64,000 bases of DNA, taken from NCBI GenBank assembly GCA_964016885.1, contig OZ024748.1, forward strand, positions 43,772,001 through 43,836,000, read 5' to 3'. The translations under genes were made by a program, and so were the position numbers. This DNA is from Eledone cirrhosa. Taxonomy: Eukaryota. Positions 12,440 to 25,985 of this stretch are shown piece after piece. The notes under the pieces are model-generated. The model did no database searches, had not been told where the DNA came from, and was given only the letters and a program-made list of their open reading frames with translations. Position 1 is the first letter of the stretch. Each line of letters opens with the position of its first letter.

Positions 12440-13516
12440 ATTCTCAGTCAAAGAGAGGTAGTCACGGTTCTGGGACAGCATTCCTCACCATATGAGATGT
12501 CATCTAGTGTACCACAGGGATCTGTTCTTGGCCCCCTTTTGTTTGTGGCATATATTAATGACATAGATGCCAACTTAAGGAATGCCACAGTACTAAAGTA
12601 CGCAGACGACATCAAGCTGTACCTTGAGATAAAAAGGACAGATCCTGAACACTATAGATCTTGCTTGCAGTCTGACCTGGACACAATGCAACAATGGATC
12701 TCAGACTGGCAACTCAAGCTAGCTGTGGACAAGTGCACCACCATGCATTTTGGGAGTAAAAACGCAGCGTCCACATACTCCCTCCACAGCACTAATATCA
12801 AGAAGTCTTCCTGTGAACGTGACCTGGACATTACGGTCAGCAGCGATTTGCGTTGGACGAGGCACGTCTCTAAAATTGTCAAGAGGGCCGAGGGTGTCTT
12901 AGCATCACTCAGCAAGACCTTTGTCAGCCGCTCTCCAGATATCTATTTAAGGCTGTATACAGCTATGGTGCGACCACACTTAGAATTTGCATCACCAGTC
13001 TGGAACCCCCATCTTGCTCAGGACATTGACCGCCTGGAAACTGTTCAGAGACGTGCAACCAAGCGAATACCCTCCATCAGGCATCTACCATACTCTGAGC
13101 GCCTTGCTTCCCTGGGCATGGATTCATTGAAGCTCCGACGCCTGGCAACTGACTTGGTAAACACCCACAAAATTGTTAACCATGTTGCCAACAACAACCC
13201 TGAGTACCTTTTTGATTTCCATGTGTCTAACACACGTGGACATGCCCACAAAGTAAGAAAATAGCACAGTTCCCATGACTTTCGGAAACATTTTTTCACG
13301 CTCAGAGTTGCTGAAGCATGGAACAAACTACCTGCATCAGTTGTTAGCTGTCGAGACACTGCATCCTTTAAGGCCTCCATGCTTCCCGAGATCCGCCAAC
13401 ACTACAGCTAACACATACACACATGTACTTCCCTGACATTTGTGTATTATTCTATGTACTATATTGACGAGTTGTAGTGCACCTGAGCACTTTACACAAT
13501 TTCATTATTATTATTA
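12440..13516 (+). mobile_element. 5'-truncated CR1-group LINE
   Basis: VPQGSVLGPLLF, YADD, ERDLDI, RPHLEFASPVWNP, VQRRATK, TRGH; after a stop continues FFTLRVAEAWNKLP; (ATT)n tail; related 3' ends at about 9617-9667 (-) and 12263-12305 (+). Confidence 0.9.
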
Positions 13517-16252
13517 GATGTAATGTGAAGTTAGACAGGTCAGGTGACGTCTTTTACTCATTTGCTCCATTTCTGTCTTGTTTTCTATCGCTTGATGCCC
13601 TTCTTAATGCCAACCATTTTACAGCATGTACTGGGAGCATTTTACCATGGCATCCACACTGCCCCCTTAAACAGGTACAACAACCTCATTTCTTTTATCA
13701 ATTATAAACATATACTCCTGCTATATCAAGCATTAACCTAATATATCCCTTCCATATACTGTACTGATTGTGTTATTTCTGTTTACCTTTTACATACACA
13801 CACATGATATAATATATATATATAATCATCATTGTTTTCCATCTATCTATATATGTATATATATATATGTGTGTGTGTGTGTGCCTGGTGGTCACCAATC
13901 TGTCCAGTTTGTTTGTCTACCAGCATATCAGGAAAAAATTATACATTTTCTATATATTTTGTCTGAGGAGAACATGTTTTGCTTTATATTATACATAAAA
14001 CTTTACATCTTCGAAATATATATAATGAAATAGAGATGATATAAAGTATATACCCTTTCATTTATTACTAATATTATTAGAGAGAGTGTGTGTGCGTGCA
14101 AACGTGCATGCGTGTGTGTTTATTTCTTGTAAAAAAATTTTTTTAAATAGACATTTCTAAAATAAACACTAGATTTAAAAATCTGAAGTACATGGGTCGA
14201 TACGATCAATTAAACCCTTTCAATATAATTAAAAAGCTTGGTTATAGTCAAGTGAGTGAAACAAGTGAAACTGCTTCCATATTTTACAGTCAACATGAAT
14301 CGTCTCTGCTCTTCTTAAAAATATTGATTTTAAAAAAAAACACAGTATTTCTCTTTTGATTATTCTTCATTGCAGTGTCTTGGCGGAGTTTTACCTGAGG
14401 AATCAACCAATTTTACAGGTAATCAATCAGCTTTTAAATATACACAAACACGATTTTAGCTTTCATTTCAGTTAGAGTTCAACAAATCGATGTATGTATG
14501 TATAGAGCCATAGCACGTGATGAGATTGGTTGGGATACCACTATGACATACGGCCTGTCCAGAACCACCGTCACATACGGCCTGTCCAGAACCACCGTCA
14601 CATAATTTTGGCACAAGGCCAGCAATTTGAAGAGAAGGGGGTGAGTAAATTAAATCAACCCCAGGGCATTACTGGTACTTTATTTTATTGACCACATAAG
14701 GTTGAAAGGCAAAGTTAACCTCAGTGGGATTTGAACTCAGAATATAAACGACCATAACCAGATGCCGCAAAACATATTACCCGATGCTCTACCGATTCTG
14801 CCAATCCCCCACCCTTAATAATAAGAATGGTTTCTGGTTTAAGCACAAGGCCAACAGTTTTGTGAGTGGAGAAGTCGACTAAATCGACCCCAGTACGTTA
14901 CTGGTACTTTATTTTATCGACCCCGTAAGGATGAAAGACAAAGTTAACCTCCATGGGATTTAAACCGGCCATATCCAGCCAGAATTCTTTCACCTCTTCC
15001 TGTTCAAACTGGCTGTATCTGGCTGCTCATACTGATGTTAAGGTATTGTACTCAAAATAAATAACATCAAAATCTCATAGATTCGATATTATGAGAGATA
15101 AGTATGTAAGGTAAAGCTTTTACCGCGAAAATCTAATATTAAATATTGAGTAATGTAAATGCTAAAGGGTTAAGGACCATAACATGACCTTAACAGAATG
15201 ATAAGTACCTAAATAGGTGAGTATGTGAGAGCCAACAGCAATAAGCTATATGTAACAGAACAATGGGAGGAGAAGGTATAGTAATGGGGGAAGTAGGGAG
15301 GGTAACAACCTTCTGTTATCCAAGCAAGAAAATTAAGAGAAAGTTCATTAAATCTTCCAAAGAACAGAGCAACTCTACAGAAAACTATTTTCACATCAAC
15401 CAGAGAGATAGACAGGAAGGTGTTGACTAACGAGAAACCAAAGACCTGTCAGGTGTATGACAGGTGAATAATAAAGTGAAGGGAGGGGGGAGGGGATAGG
15501 GAAGGGGTGGATGACATCAAAAGGAAACTATTCAGTAAAATAAACATTCCTTTAATATTTTTAGGGGATCACAATGTTTTTACTAAATGAAATAGGGAAG
15601 TTGACAAAGACCAGCAACAGATTAAATATTTATTTAGTATCAATAACAAAACTTCCACCACTACCACCACCATACTGCCTTCACCACCATCACCACCTTA
15701 CTTTCCTCACCACTGCCTTCACCATCACTATCCTACTTCCCTCACCACCACCATTCACTACTGCCCTCACCACCACCCTGCTACCACCCTCACCACCACC
15801 CTGCTACCACCCTCACCACCACCACCACCACCACCATGCTACCACCCTCACCAAATATGGAAAGATTTGAGCCAGGGTTAAAGTTGGTTCATCATTTACA
15901 AATAAAATTCCTTTTAGTTGTACAACTGACAGCAGAACAGCCAGTTGACTCACTCAAGTCTTGATCCCCCCTACCCCCACCCCGTGTGTGTGGTGTGCGC
16001 GTTTGTGTGCGTGTGTGTGCATGCGTGTGCGATCTTGGTGCCAGAACCCCCTGCACCCCCACCAAGTCTTCACTCAACAACAGTTAAGGTATTGTAGAAC
16101 AAAAACACAGAGAGGTGTGTAAAAGGTGGGAACAACTTAACCAAGCAGGTTCTGTTGGGCATGTAATATTACACAGCTGTTGGGTGTGTAATATTACATA
16201 CAACTGTTGGATGTGTCTAATATTACACACAACTGTTGGATGTGTGTAATAT

Positions 16253-16685
16253 TTGGAGGAGTCAATCAAGGCCAAAAAGCAGGCTTGGAAAGTATGGCAG
16301 GATAGGGGAAGTAAAGAACACTATCAGGTGGCCAGGAGTGAAGCTAGGAGACAGGTGTACTTTGCAAGAAGGGAAGCAGAGGAAAGAAAGATCAAGCATG
16401 TTCTACAACGCGAGGACCAAAAACGTGAGGTGTTCAGGATTGCTAGGCAATGTGTCAAGGAAAACCATGATATTGTCGGGGAGAAGTGTGTCCGTAATGA
16501 TGATGGTGTACTTGCCATCACTGACGCTGATAAGAAGGTAGCTTGGAAGTGTCACTACGAGCGGCTACTAAATGAGGAGAATAACTGGGAAAAAGATTGT
16601 CTGCCCCACATCAATCCAATAGAGGGACCAGCAGTGCAAGTTGAAGGTAGTATAATAAGTAAGGCAATCAAAGATATGAAGACGG
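16253..16685 (+). mobile_element. Internal RTE ORF fragment fused to a GC-rich satellite
   Basis: SIKAKKQAWKVW...ISKAIKDMKT matches 56742-57173; no tail or UTR. Confidence 0.9.
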
Positions 16686-19600
16686 TTGTGATGGCGGCGG
16701 TTGTCGTGATGGAGGCGGTTGTCGTGATGGAGGCGGTTGTCGTGATGGAGGCGGTTGTCGTGATGGAGGCGGTTGTCGTGATGGAGGCGGTTGTCGTGAT
16801 GGAGGCGGTTGTCGTGATGGAGGCGGTGGCGGTGGTTGTGGTGATGGAGGCAGTGGCGGTGGTTGTGGTGATGGAGGCAGTGGCAGTGGCGGTGGTTGTG
16901 GTGATGGAGGCAGTGGCGGTGGTTGTGGTGATGGAGGCAGTGGCAGTGGTTGTGGTGATGGAGGCAGTGGCAGTGGTTGTGGTGATGGAGGCAGTGGCGG
17001 TGGTTGTGGTGATGGAGGCAGTGGCAGTGGTTGTGGTGATGGAGGCAGTGGCGGTGGTTGTGGTGGCAGTGGCAGTGGTTGTGGTGATGGAGGCAGTGGC
17101 GGTGGTTGTGGTGATAGTGGCAGTGGCAGTGGTTGTGGTGATGGAGGCAGTGGCGGTGGTTGTGGTGATGGAGGCAGTGGCAGTGGTTGTGGTGATGGAG
17201 GCAGTGGCGGTGGTTGTGGTGATGGAGGCAGTGGCAGTGGCAGTGGTTGTGGTGATGGAGGCAGTGGCGGTGATTGTGGTGATGGAGGCAGTGGCAGTGG
17301 CAGTGGTTGTGGTGATGGAGGCAGTGGCGGTGGTTGTGGTGATGGAGGCAGTGGCAGTGGTTGTGGTGATGGAGGCAGTGGCGGTGGTTGTGGTGGCAGT
17401 GGCAGTGGTTGTGGTGATGGAGGCAGTGGCAGTGGTTGTGGTTGTGGTGATGGAGGCACTGGCGGTGGTTGTGGTTGTGGTGATGGAGGCAGTGGCAGTG
17501 GCAGTGGTTGTGGTGATGGAGGCAGTGGCAGTGGCAGTGGTTGTGGTGATGGAGGCAGTGGCGGTGGTTGTGGTTGTGGTGATGGAGGCAGTGGCAGTGG
17601 CAGTGGTTGTGGTGATGGAGGCAGTGGCGGTGGTTGTGGTGGCAGTGGCAGTGGTTGTGGTGATGGAGGCAGTGGCAGTGGTTGTGGTTGTGGTGATGGA
17701 GGCACTGGCGGTGGTTGTGGTTGTGGTGATGGAGGCAGTGGCAGTGGTTGTGGTTGTGGTGATGGAGGCAGTGGTTGTGGTGATGGAGGCAGTGGCGGTG
17801 GTTGTGGTGATGGAGGCAGTGGCAGTGGTTGTGGTTGTGGTGATGGAGGCAGTGGCGGTGGTTGTGGTGATGGAGGCAGTGGCAGTGGTTGTGGTTGTGG
17901 TGATGGAGGCACTGGCGGTGGTTGTGGTGATGGAGGCAGTGGCAGTGGTTGTGGTGATGGAGGCAGTGGCGGTGGTTGTGGTGGCAGTGGCAGTGGTTGT
18001 GGTGATGGAGGCACTGGCGGTGGTTGTGGTGATGGAGGCAGTGGCAGTGGCAGTGGTTGTGGTGATGGAGGCAGTGGCGGTGGTTGTGGTGATGGAGGCA
18101 GTGGCGGTGGTTGTGGTGATGGAGGCAGTGGCGGTGGTTGTGGTGATGGAGGCAGTGGCAGTGGCAGTAGTTGTGGTGATGGAGGCAGTGGCGGTGGTTG
18201 TGGTGATGGAGGCAGTGGCAGTGGTTGTGGTGATGGAGGCAGTGGCGGTGGTTGTGGTGATGGAGGCAGTGGCAGTGGTTGTGGTGATGGAGGCAGTGGC
18301 GGTGGCAGTGGTTGTGGTGATGGAGGCAGTGGCGGTGGTTGTGGTGATGGAGGCAGTGGCAGTGGTTGTGGTGATGGAGGCAGTGGCAGTGGCAGTGGTT
18401 GTGGTGATGGAGGCAGTGGCGGTGGTTGTGGTGATGGAGGCAGTGGCAGTGGTTGTGGTGATGGAGGCAGTGGCAGTGGCAGTGGTTGTGGTGATGGAGG
18501 CAGTGGCGGTGGTTGTGGTGATGGAGGCAGTGGCAGTGGTTGTGGTGATGGAGGCAGTGGCAGTGGCAGTGGTTGTGGTGATGGAGGCAGTGGCGGTGGT
18601 TGTGGTGATGGAGGCAGTGGCAGTGGTTGTGGTGATGGAGGCAGTGGCAGTGGCAGTGGTTGTGGTGATGGAGGCAGTGGCGGTGGTTGTGGTGATGGAG
18701 GCAGTGGCAGTGGTTGTGGTGATGGAGGCAGTGGCAGTGGTTGTGGTGATGGAGGCAGTGGCAGTGGTTGTGGTGATGGAGGCAGTGGCGGTGGTTGTGG
18801 TGATGGAGGCAGTGGCAGTGGCAGTGGTTGTGGTGATGGAGGCAGTGGCGGTGGTTGTGGTGATGGAGGCAGTGGCAGTGGTTGTGGTGATGGAGGCAGT
18901 GGCAGTGGTTGTGGTGATGGAGGCAGTGGCAGTGGTTGTGGTGATGGAGGCAGTGGCGGTGGTTGTGGTGATGGAGGCAGTGGCGGTGGTTGTGGTGATG
19001 GAGGCAGTGGCAGTGGTTGTGGTGATGGAGGCAGTGGCGGTGGTTGTGGTGATGGAGGCACTGGCGGTGGTTGTGGTGATGGAGGCAGTGGCGGTGGTTG
19101 TGGTGATGGAGGCAGTGGCAGTGGTTGTGGTGATGGAGGCAGTGGCGGTGGTTGTGGTGATGGAGGCAGTGGCGGTGGTTGTGGTGATGGAGGCAGTGGC
19201 CGTGGCAGTGGTTGTGGTGATGGAGGCAGTGGCGGTGGTTGTGGTGATGGAGGCACTGGCGGTGGTTGTGGTGATGGAGGCAGTGGCAGTGGTTGTGGTG
19301 ATGGAGGCAGTGGCAGTGGTTGTGGTGATGGAGGCAGTGGCAGTGGTTGTGGTGATGGAGGCAGTGGCAGTGGTTGTGGTGATGGAGGCACTGGCGGTGG
19401 TTGTGGTGATGGAGGCAGTGGCAGTGGTTGTGGTGATGGGGGCAGTGGCAGTGGTTGTGGTGATGGAGGCAGTGGCGGTGGTTGTGGTGATGGAGGCAGT
19501 GGCGGTGGTTGTGGTGATGGAGGCAGTGGCAGTGGTTGTGGTGATGGAGGCAGTGGCGGTGGTTGTGGTGATGGAGGCAGTGGCGGTGGTTGTGGTGATG

Positions 19601-22600
19601 GAGGCAGTGGCAGTGGCAGTGGTTGTGGTGATGGAGGCAGTGGCGGTGGTTGTGGTGATGGGGGCAGTGGCAGTGGTTGTGGTGATGGAGGCAGTGGTTG
19701 TGGTGATGGAGGCAGTGGCGGTGGTTGTGGTGATGGAGGCAGTGGCAGTGGTTGTGGTGATGGAGGCAGTGGCGGTGGTTGTGGTGATGGGGGCAGTGGC
19801 GGTGGTTGTGGTGATGGAGGCAGTGGCGGTGGTTGTGGTGATGGAGGCAGTGGCAGTGGCAGTGGTTGTGGTGATGGAGGCAGTGGCGGTGGTTGTGGTG
19901 ATGGGGGCAGTGGCAGTGGTTGTGGTGATGGAGGCAGTGGCGGTGGTTGTGGTGATGGAGGCAGTGGCGGTGGTTGTGGTGATGGAGGCAGTGGCAGTGG
20001 TTGTGGTGATGGAGGCAGTGGCGGTGGTTGTGGTGATGGAGGCAGTGGCGGTGGTTGTGGTGATGGAGGCAGTGGCAGTGGTTGTGGTGATGGAGGCACT
20101 GGCGGTGGTTGTGGTGATGGAGGCAGTGGCGGTGGTTGTGGTGATGGAGGCAGTGGCTGTGGCAGTGGTGATGGAGGCAGTGGCGGTGGTTGTGGTGGCA
20201 GTGGCAGTGGTTGTGGTGATGGAGGCACTGGCGGTGGTTGTGGTGATGGGGGCAGTGGCAGTGGTTGTGGTGATGGAGGCAGTGGCAGTGGTTGTGGTGA
20301 TGGAGGCAGTGGCAGTGGTTGTGGTGATGGAGGCAGTGGCGGTGGTTGTGGTGATGGAGGCAGTGGCAGTGGCAGTGGTTGTGGTGATGGAGGCAGTGGC
20401 GGTGGTTGTGGTGATGGAGGCACTGGCGGTGGTTGTGGTGATGGAGGCAGTGGCGGTGGTTGTGGTGATGGAGGCAGTGGCGGTGGCAGTGGTGATGGAG
20501 GCAGTGGCGGTGGTTGTGGTGATGGAGGCAGTGGCAGTGGCAGTGGTGATGGAGGCAGTGGCGGTGGTTGTGGTGGCAGTGGCAGTGGTTGTGGTGATGG
20601 AGGCACTGGCGGTGGTTGTGGTGATGGGGGCGGTGATGGGGGCAGTGGCAGTGGCAGTGGTTGTGGTGATGGAGGCACTGGCGGTGGTTGTGGTGATGGA
20701 GGCAGTGGCGGTGGTTGTGGTGATGGGGGCAGTGGCGGTGGTTGTGGTGATGGGGGCAGTGGCAGTGGTTGTGGTGATGGGGGCAGTGGCAGTGGTTGTG
20801 GTGATGGAGGCACTGGCGGTGGTTGTGGTGATGGAGGCAGTGGCAGTGGCAGTGGTTGTGGTGATGGAGGCAGTGGCAGTGGTTGTGGTGATGGAGGCAG
20901 TGGCGGTGGTTGTGGTGATGGAGGCAGTGGCAGTGGTTGTGGTGATGGAGGCAGTGGCGGTGGTTGTGGTGATGGAGGCAGTGGCGGTGGTTGTGGTGAT
21001 GGAGGCAGTGGTTGTGGTGATGGAGGCAGTGGCAGTGGTTGTGGTGATGGGGGCAGTGGCAGTGGTTGTGGTGATGGGGGCAGTGGTGGTGGTTGTGGTG
21101 ATGGAGGCAGTGGTTGTGGTGATGGAGGCAGTGGCAGTGGTTGTGGTGATGGAGGCAGTGGCGGTGGTTGTGGTGATGGAGGCAGTGGCGGTGGTTGTGG
21201 TGATGGAGGCAGTGGCAGTGGTTGTGGTGATGGAGGCAGTGGCGGTGGTTGTGGTGATGGAGGCAGTGGCGGTGGTTGTGGTGATGGAGGCAGTGGCGGT
21301 GGTTGTGGTGATGGAGGCAGTGGCGGTGGTTGTGGTGATGGAGGCAGTGGCAGTGGTTGTGGTGATGGGGGCAGTGGCAGTGGTTGTGGTGATGGGGGCA
21401 GTGGTGGTGGTTGTGGTGATGGAGGCAGTGGTTGTGGTGATGGAGGCAGTGGCAGTGGCGGTGGTTGTGGTGGCAGTGGCAGTGGTTGTGGTGATGGAGG
21501 CAGTGGCGGTGGTTGTGGTGATGGAGGCAGTGGCAGTGGTTGTGGTGGCAGTGGCAGTGGTTGTGGTGATGGAGGCAGTGGCGGTGGTTGTGGTGATGGG
21601 GGCAGTGGCGGTGGTTGTGGTGATGGGGGCAGTGGCAGTGGTTGTGGTGATGGGGGCAGTGGCAGTGGTTGTGGTGATGGAGGCAGTGGCGGTGGTTGTG
21701 GTGATGGAGGCAGTGGCAGTGGTTGTGGTTGTGGTGATGGAGGCAGTGGCAGTGGTTGTGGTGATGGAGGCAGTGGCAGTGGTTGTGGTGATGGAGGCAG
21801 TGGCAGTGGTTGTGGTGATGGAGGCAGTGGCGGTGGTTGTGGTGGCAGTGGCAGTGGTTGTGGTGATGGAGGCAGTGGCGGTGGTTGTGGTGATGGAGGC
21901 AGTGGCAGTGGTTGTGGTGATGGAGGCAGTGGCGGTGGTTGTGGTGATGGAGGCAGTGGCAGTGGTTGTGGTGATGGAGGCAGTGGCGGTGGTTGTGGTG
22001 ATGGGGGCAGTGGCAGTGGTTGTGGTGATGGAGGCAGTGGCAGTGGTTGTGGTGATGGAGGCAGTGGCGGTGGTTGTGGTGATGGAGGCAGTGGCGGTGG
22101 TTGTGGTGGCAGTGGCAGTGGTTGTGGTGATGGAGGCACTGGCAGTGGTTGTGGTGATGGAGGCAGTGGCAGTGGTTGTGGTGATGGAGGCAGTGGCAGT
22201 GGTTGTGGTGATGGGGGCAGTGGCAGTGGTTGTGGTGATGGAGGCAGTGGCGGTGGTTGTGGTGATGGAGGCAGTGGCAGTGGTTGTGGTGATGGAGGCA
22301 GTGGCGGTGGTTGTGGTGGCAGTGGCAGTGGTTGTGGTGATGGAGGCAGTGGCGGTGGTTGTGGTGATGGAGGCAGTGGCAGTGGTTGTGGTGATGGAGG
22401 CAGTGGCGGTGGTTGTGGTTGTGGTGATGGAGGCAGTGGCAGTGGTTGTGGTTGTGGTGATGGAGGCAGTGGCAGTGGTTGTGGTTGTGGTGATGGAGGC
22501 AGTGGCAGTGGTTGTGGTTGTGGTGATGGAGGCAGTGGCAGTGGTGATGGAGGCAGTGGCAGTGGTTGTGGTGATGGGGGCAGTGGCAGTGGTTGTGGTG

Positions 22601-22918
22601 ATGGGGGCAGTGGCAGTGGTTGTGGTGATGGGGGCAGGGGCAGTGGCAGTGGTTGTGGTGATGGGGGCAGTGGCAGTGGTTGTGGTGATGGAGGCAGTGG
22701 CAGTGGTTGTGGTGATGGGGGCAGTGGCAGTGGTTGTGGTGATGGAGGCAGTGGCAGTGGTTGTGGTGATGGAGGCAGTGGCAGTGGTTGTGGTGATGGA
22801 GGCAGTGGCAGTGGTTGTGGTTGTGGTGATGGAGGCAGTGGCAGTGGTTGTGGTGATGGAGGCAGTGGCAGTGGTTGTGGTGATGGGGGCAGTGGCAGTG
22901 GTTGTGGTGATGATGGTT
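16684..22918. repeat. 6.2-kb G-rich minisatellite, about 27-bp unit
   Basis: ggtgatggaggcagtggc(a/g)gtggttgt with length variants in multiples of 3 nt. Confidence 0.97.
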
Positions 22919-23471
22919 ACTCCAATAAGTTACACAAATATATCTGATCTATGTCAGGACTAAAACAATAGTAAAACCTATTTCATTCTTTGAAAAAATT
23001 GAAACGAATTCAAGTTAAAACTGTATCTGTAGTGGTAAGAGTTGAATAGTTCTGTGAATCTTGTGAGTACTTCTCATTAGAAAGAGTCTATAAAGTAGCC
23101 GACATGAGAGAGTTGATACAACAACACCCTTCTCTAATTACAATGCTAACAATGTAAACACGTCAGCTTTGTGAGGTTTTCTAAACTTCCTGTACAAGAA
23201 ATTTGTGCACAGCCCATCCTATTGTCTCACCGAAATAGCATAAGTGCACCGAGGCAAAGATAGAAAACAAGAACAACAGAGAGTGCAGATTTCAGTTCAA
23301 AGAGGTTGATGGAAATTCTACTTAACTTTTCCGATACCAAACCACTAAATACCACCTCTAGTTCTATGATCAAAACTGTTTATTTAGAAGTATTTATATT
23401 TATTTAAAAACCTTCCATTATAGTTCTATGTAAGAACCTTTATTAAGCTATAATCTGAACACCAGCTTAAT

Positions 23472-24087
23472 AATAGTTTCTGGTTTAGGCACAAGGCCAA
23501 CGGTTAAATCGACCCCAGTGTTACTGGTACTTTATTTTATCGACCTCGTAGAATGAAAGGCAAAGTTAACCTTGGCGGAATTTGAACTCAGAACGTAAAG
23601 GGTTGTAACCCCACCCTAATAATTGTTTCTAATTTTGGCACAAGGCCAGCAATTACCCAGTACATTACCAGTACTTAATGTACTGCCAAACCCTAATAAT
23701 TGTTTCTAGCAATTACCCAGTGCATTACTGGTACTTTATTTTATCGACCCCGTAAGGATGAAAGGCAAAGTCAACCTCAGCAGGATTTGAACTCAGATCG
23801 TTAAGGGACGTAACTATGCTGGAAAGCATAGCATCCAACCCTCTACCGATACTGCCAATCCACCGCCAAACTGCCAAACCCTAATAATTGTTTCTACTTT
23901 TGGCACAAGGCCAGCAATTATCTCAGTACATTACTGGTACTTTATTTTATCGACCCCGTAAGGATGAAAGCAAAGTTAACCTAGGCGGGATTTGAACTCA
24001 GAATGGCAAGGGCCGTAACTCTATGCATCAAAGCATGGCGTCCAACCCTCTACCGATACTGCCAATTCACCGCCAAACCCTAATAAT
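23472..24087 (-). mobile_element. Tandem cluster of the second SINE family; more at about 11040-11485, 14604-14962, 37328-37506, 52157-52342
   Basis: Repeated actggtactttattttatcgaccccgtaaggatgaaaggcaaagttaacctcggcgggatttgaactcag. Confidence 0.85.
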
Positions 24088-24895
24088 GAGAGTTATTTAT
24101 ATTCTTGATTATTTTCAAAATTATTTGAAACTCGTAGGCAGTGCCTTTCATTAGAATTAATTAACTGCCACTTAACCATTTCTTTGTCATAAGTCAGAGG
24201 TAATTAATTTAATGAAAAGGAAGAAGATTAATAAACTCACTATAATTATGCAGTAAGGAAAAAACAATGTTAATCATTAACTAACGATATTTTAATTATT
24301 TTGGTGAACTTATGAGACAACTGTGAACATGTTTTAATCTCATGACTGAAGGTGTGAACATGACAATATTTGTTCAAGTAACAAAACTATTTAGAGAGTC
24401 GCTATCTGGTACAAACTCCAGCCTCTGGCACATCCTTTTAGTTCTTCTCTTGGTTATAACAATGGTCTGCTTATCAGAGCTTGTTCAACACACTTCAACT
24501 TAGGCACTCTTCACTGAACATATCACCCAACATCACTGGCTCTATTCCTCTCTCACCCAGTCACTTTATTCCTTCCCCAACACATGACCCAACCATCTCA
24601 CTATCTCCCTTCACAACATTCATCACTGGCTCTATTCCCCTCACATGACCCAACCATCTCACTATCTCCCTTCACAACATCCATCATTCTGAAGACCATT
24701 CATCAATATACGTGACTGAAAATATAAAATAAGACGACAAGCCAATTACATTATTTCCAGCTAATAAAATACCACCTATATTTTCTTCTTTCCACTGGCT
24801 TTCCTGTTTCATATATAAGTGTGTGTATACATATATATATATATGAATATATATATATATTCATATATATATATATATATATAAATATATATGTA

Positions 24896-24934
<39 letters not shown>

Positions 24935-24957
24935 GCATATATATATATATATGTATG

Positions 24958-25308
24958 TATCATCATCATCGTTTAACGTCCATCTTCCACGCTAGCATGG
25001 GTTTGGACAGGAATTTTCCCACTTTAGGCAAGATTGGTTGTCTTGCTCGCATAGGACTGTCTGGCGGGTTTTCTACGGCTGGATGCCCTTCCTAACACCA
25101 ACCACGTTTACAGTGTGGACTGGGAGGTTTTTACCGTGTTACCTACACAGCCACATTACAGCGTGGTCTGTGTGTTTTTTTTTCGTGACACCTACACGAC
25201 CTCATTTGTTTCGGACTGGATGTTGTGGTACCAACATAACTTTACATTGAAAGGGGTGGTGTGGATGGGGTGGGGGTAGTGGGACGGGGTGTATTTTTGT
25301 TAGAGGTG
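24958..25308 (-). mobile_element. RTE 3' UTR-only insertion in (TA)n
   Basis: Matches 587-945 and the 3' UTR of the full-length element; (ATC)n tail. Confidence 0.88.
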
Positions 25309-25355
25309 TATATATATATATATATGCATGTATATATTTATATATATATATATGC

Positions 25356-25417
<62 letters not shown>

Positions 25418-25463
25418 GTATATGCATGTATATATATATATATATATATATGTACGTATATGC

Positions 25464-25498
<35 letters not shown>

Positions 25499-25520
25499 CA
25501 GTATTAGTATTATTGGGGCA

Positions 25521-25647
25521 CCCACTGATGAATTATAGGAGCCCACTTGAATATATATCTATTGATGGTATACAAGCTCCTACATAAATTGGTATAATTT
25601 CACCCAAATTGTAGGAATCCTATAATGAAACGAGACGTCCGTCTGGG
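25521..25647 (+). ncRNA. Type I hammerhead ribozyme candidate with branched stem II
   Basis: ccca-CUGAUGA-attatagga...tcctataat-GAAA-cg(agacgtc)c-GUC-tggg; all core nucleotides present; predicted cut after 25643. Confidence 0.7.
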
Positions 25648-25822
25648 AAGAGATATATTAGATATGTCTCATATGAAATAATACAGCCAATTTTCCACGC
25701 AATACCTTTAGTTAACACCCCGAACGCTTAATTAGGAATATAATCACTTATTTCCTAATGTTTGTTGAGTGAGTTGGAATTTGGCCGGAGTTTCGCTAAA
25801 AAGCTTTCTCCGATATTGTATT

Positions 25823-25876
<54 letters not shown>

Positions 25877-25921
25877 ATGCATGTATATATATGTATATAT
25901 ATATATGTATATGCATGTATA

Positions 25922-25982
<61 letters not shown>

Positions 25983-25985
<3 letters not shown>

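Noticed and set aside
16253-22963. 2236-aa and 1823-aa ORFs as real proteins
   Set aside because: RTE fragment plus a trinucleotide-based satellite; open frames follow from repeat composition and no credible start or splice context was found
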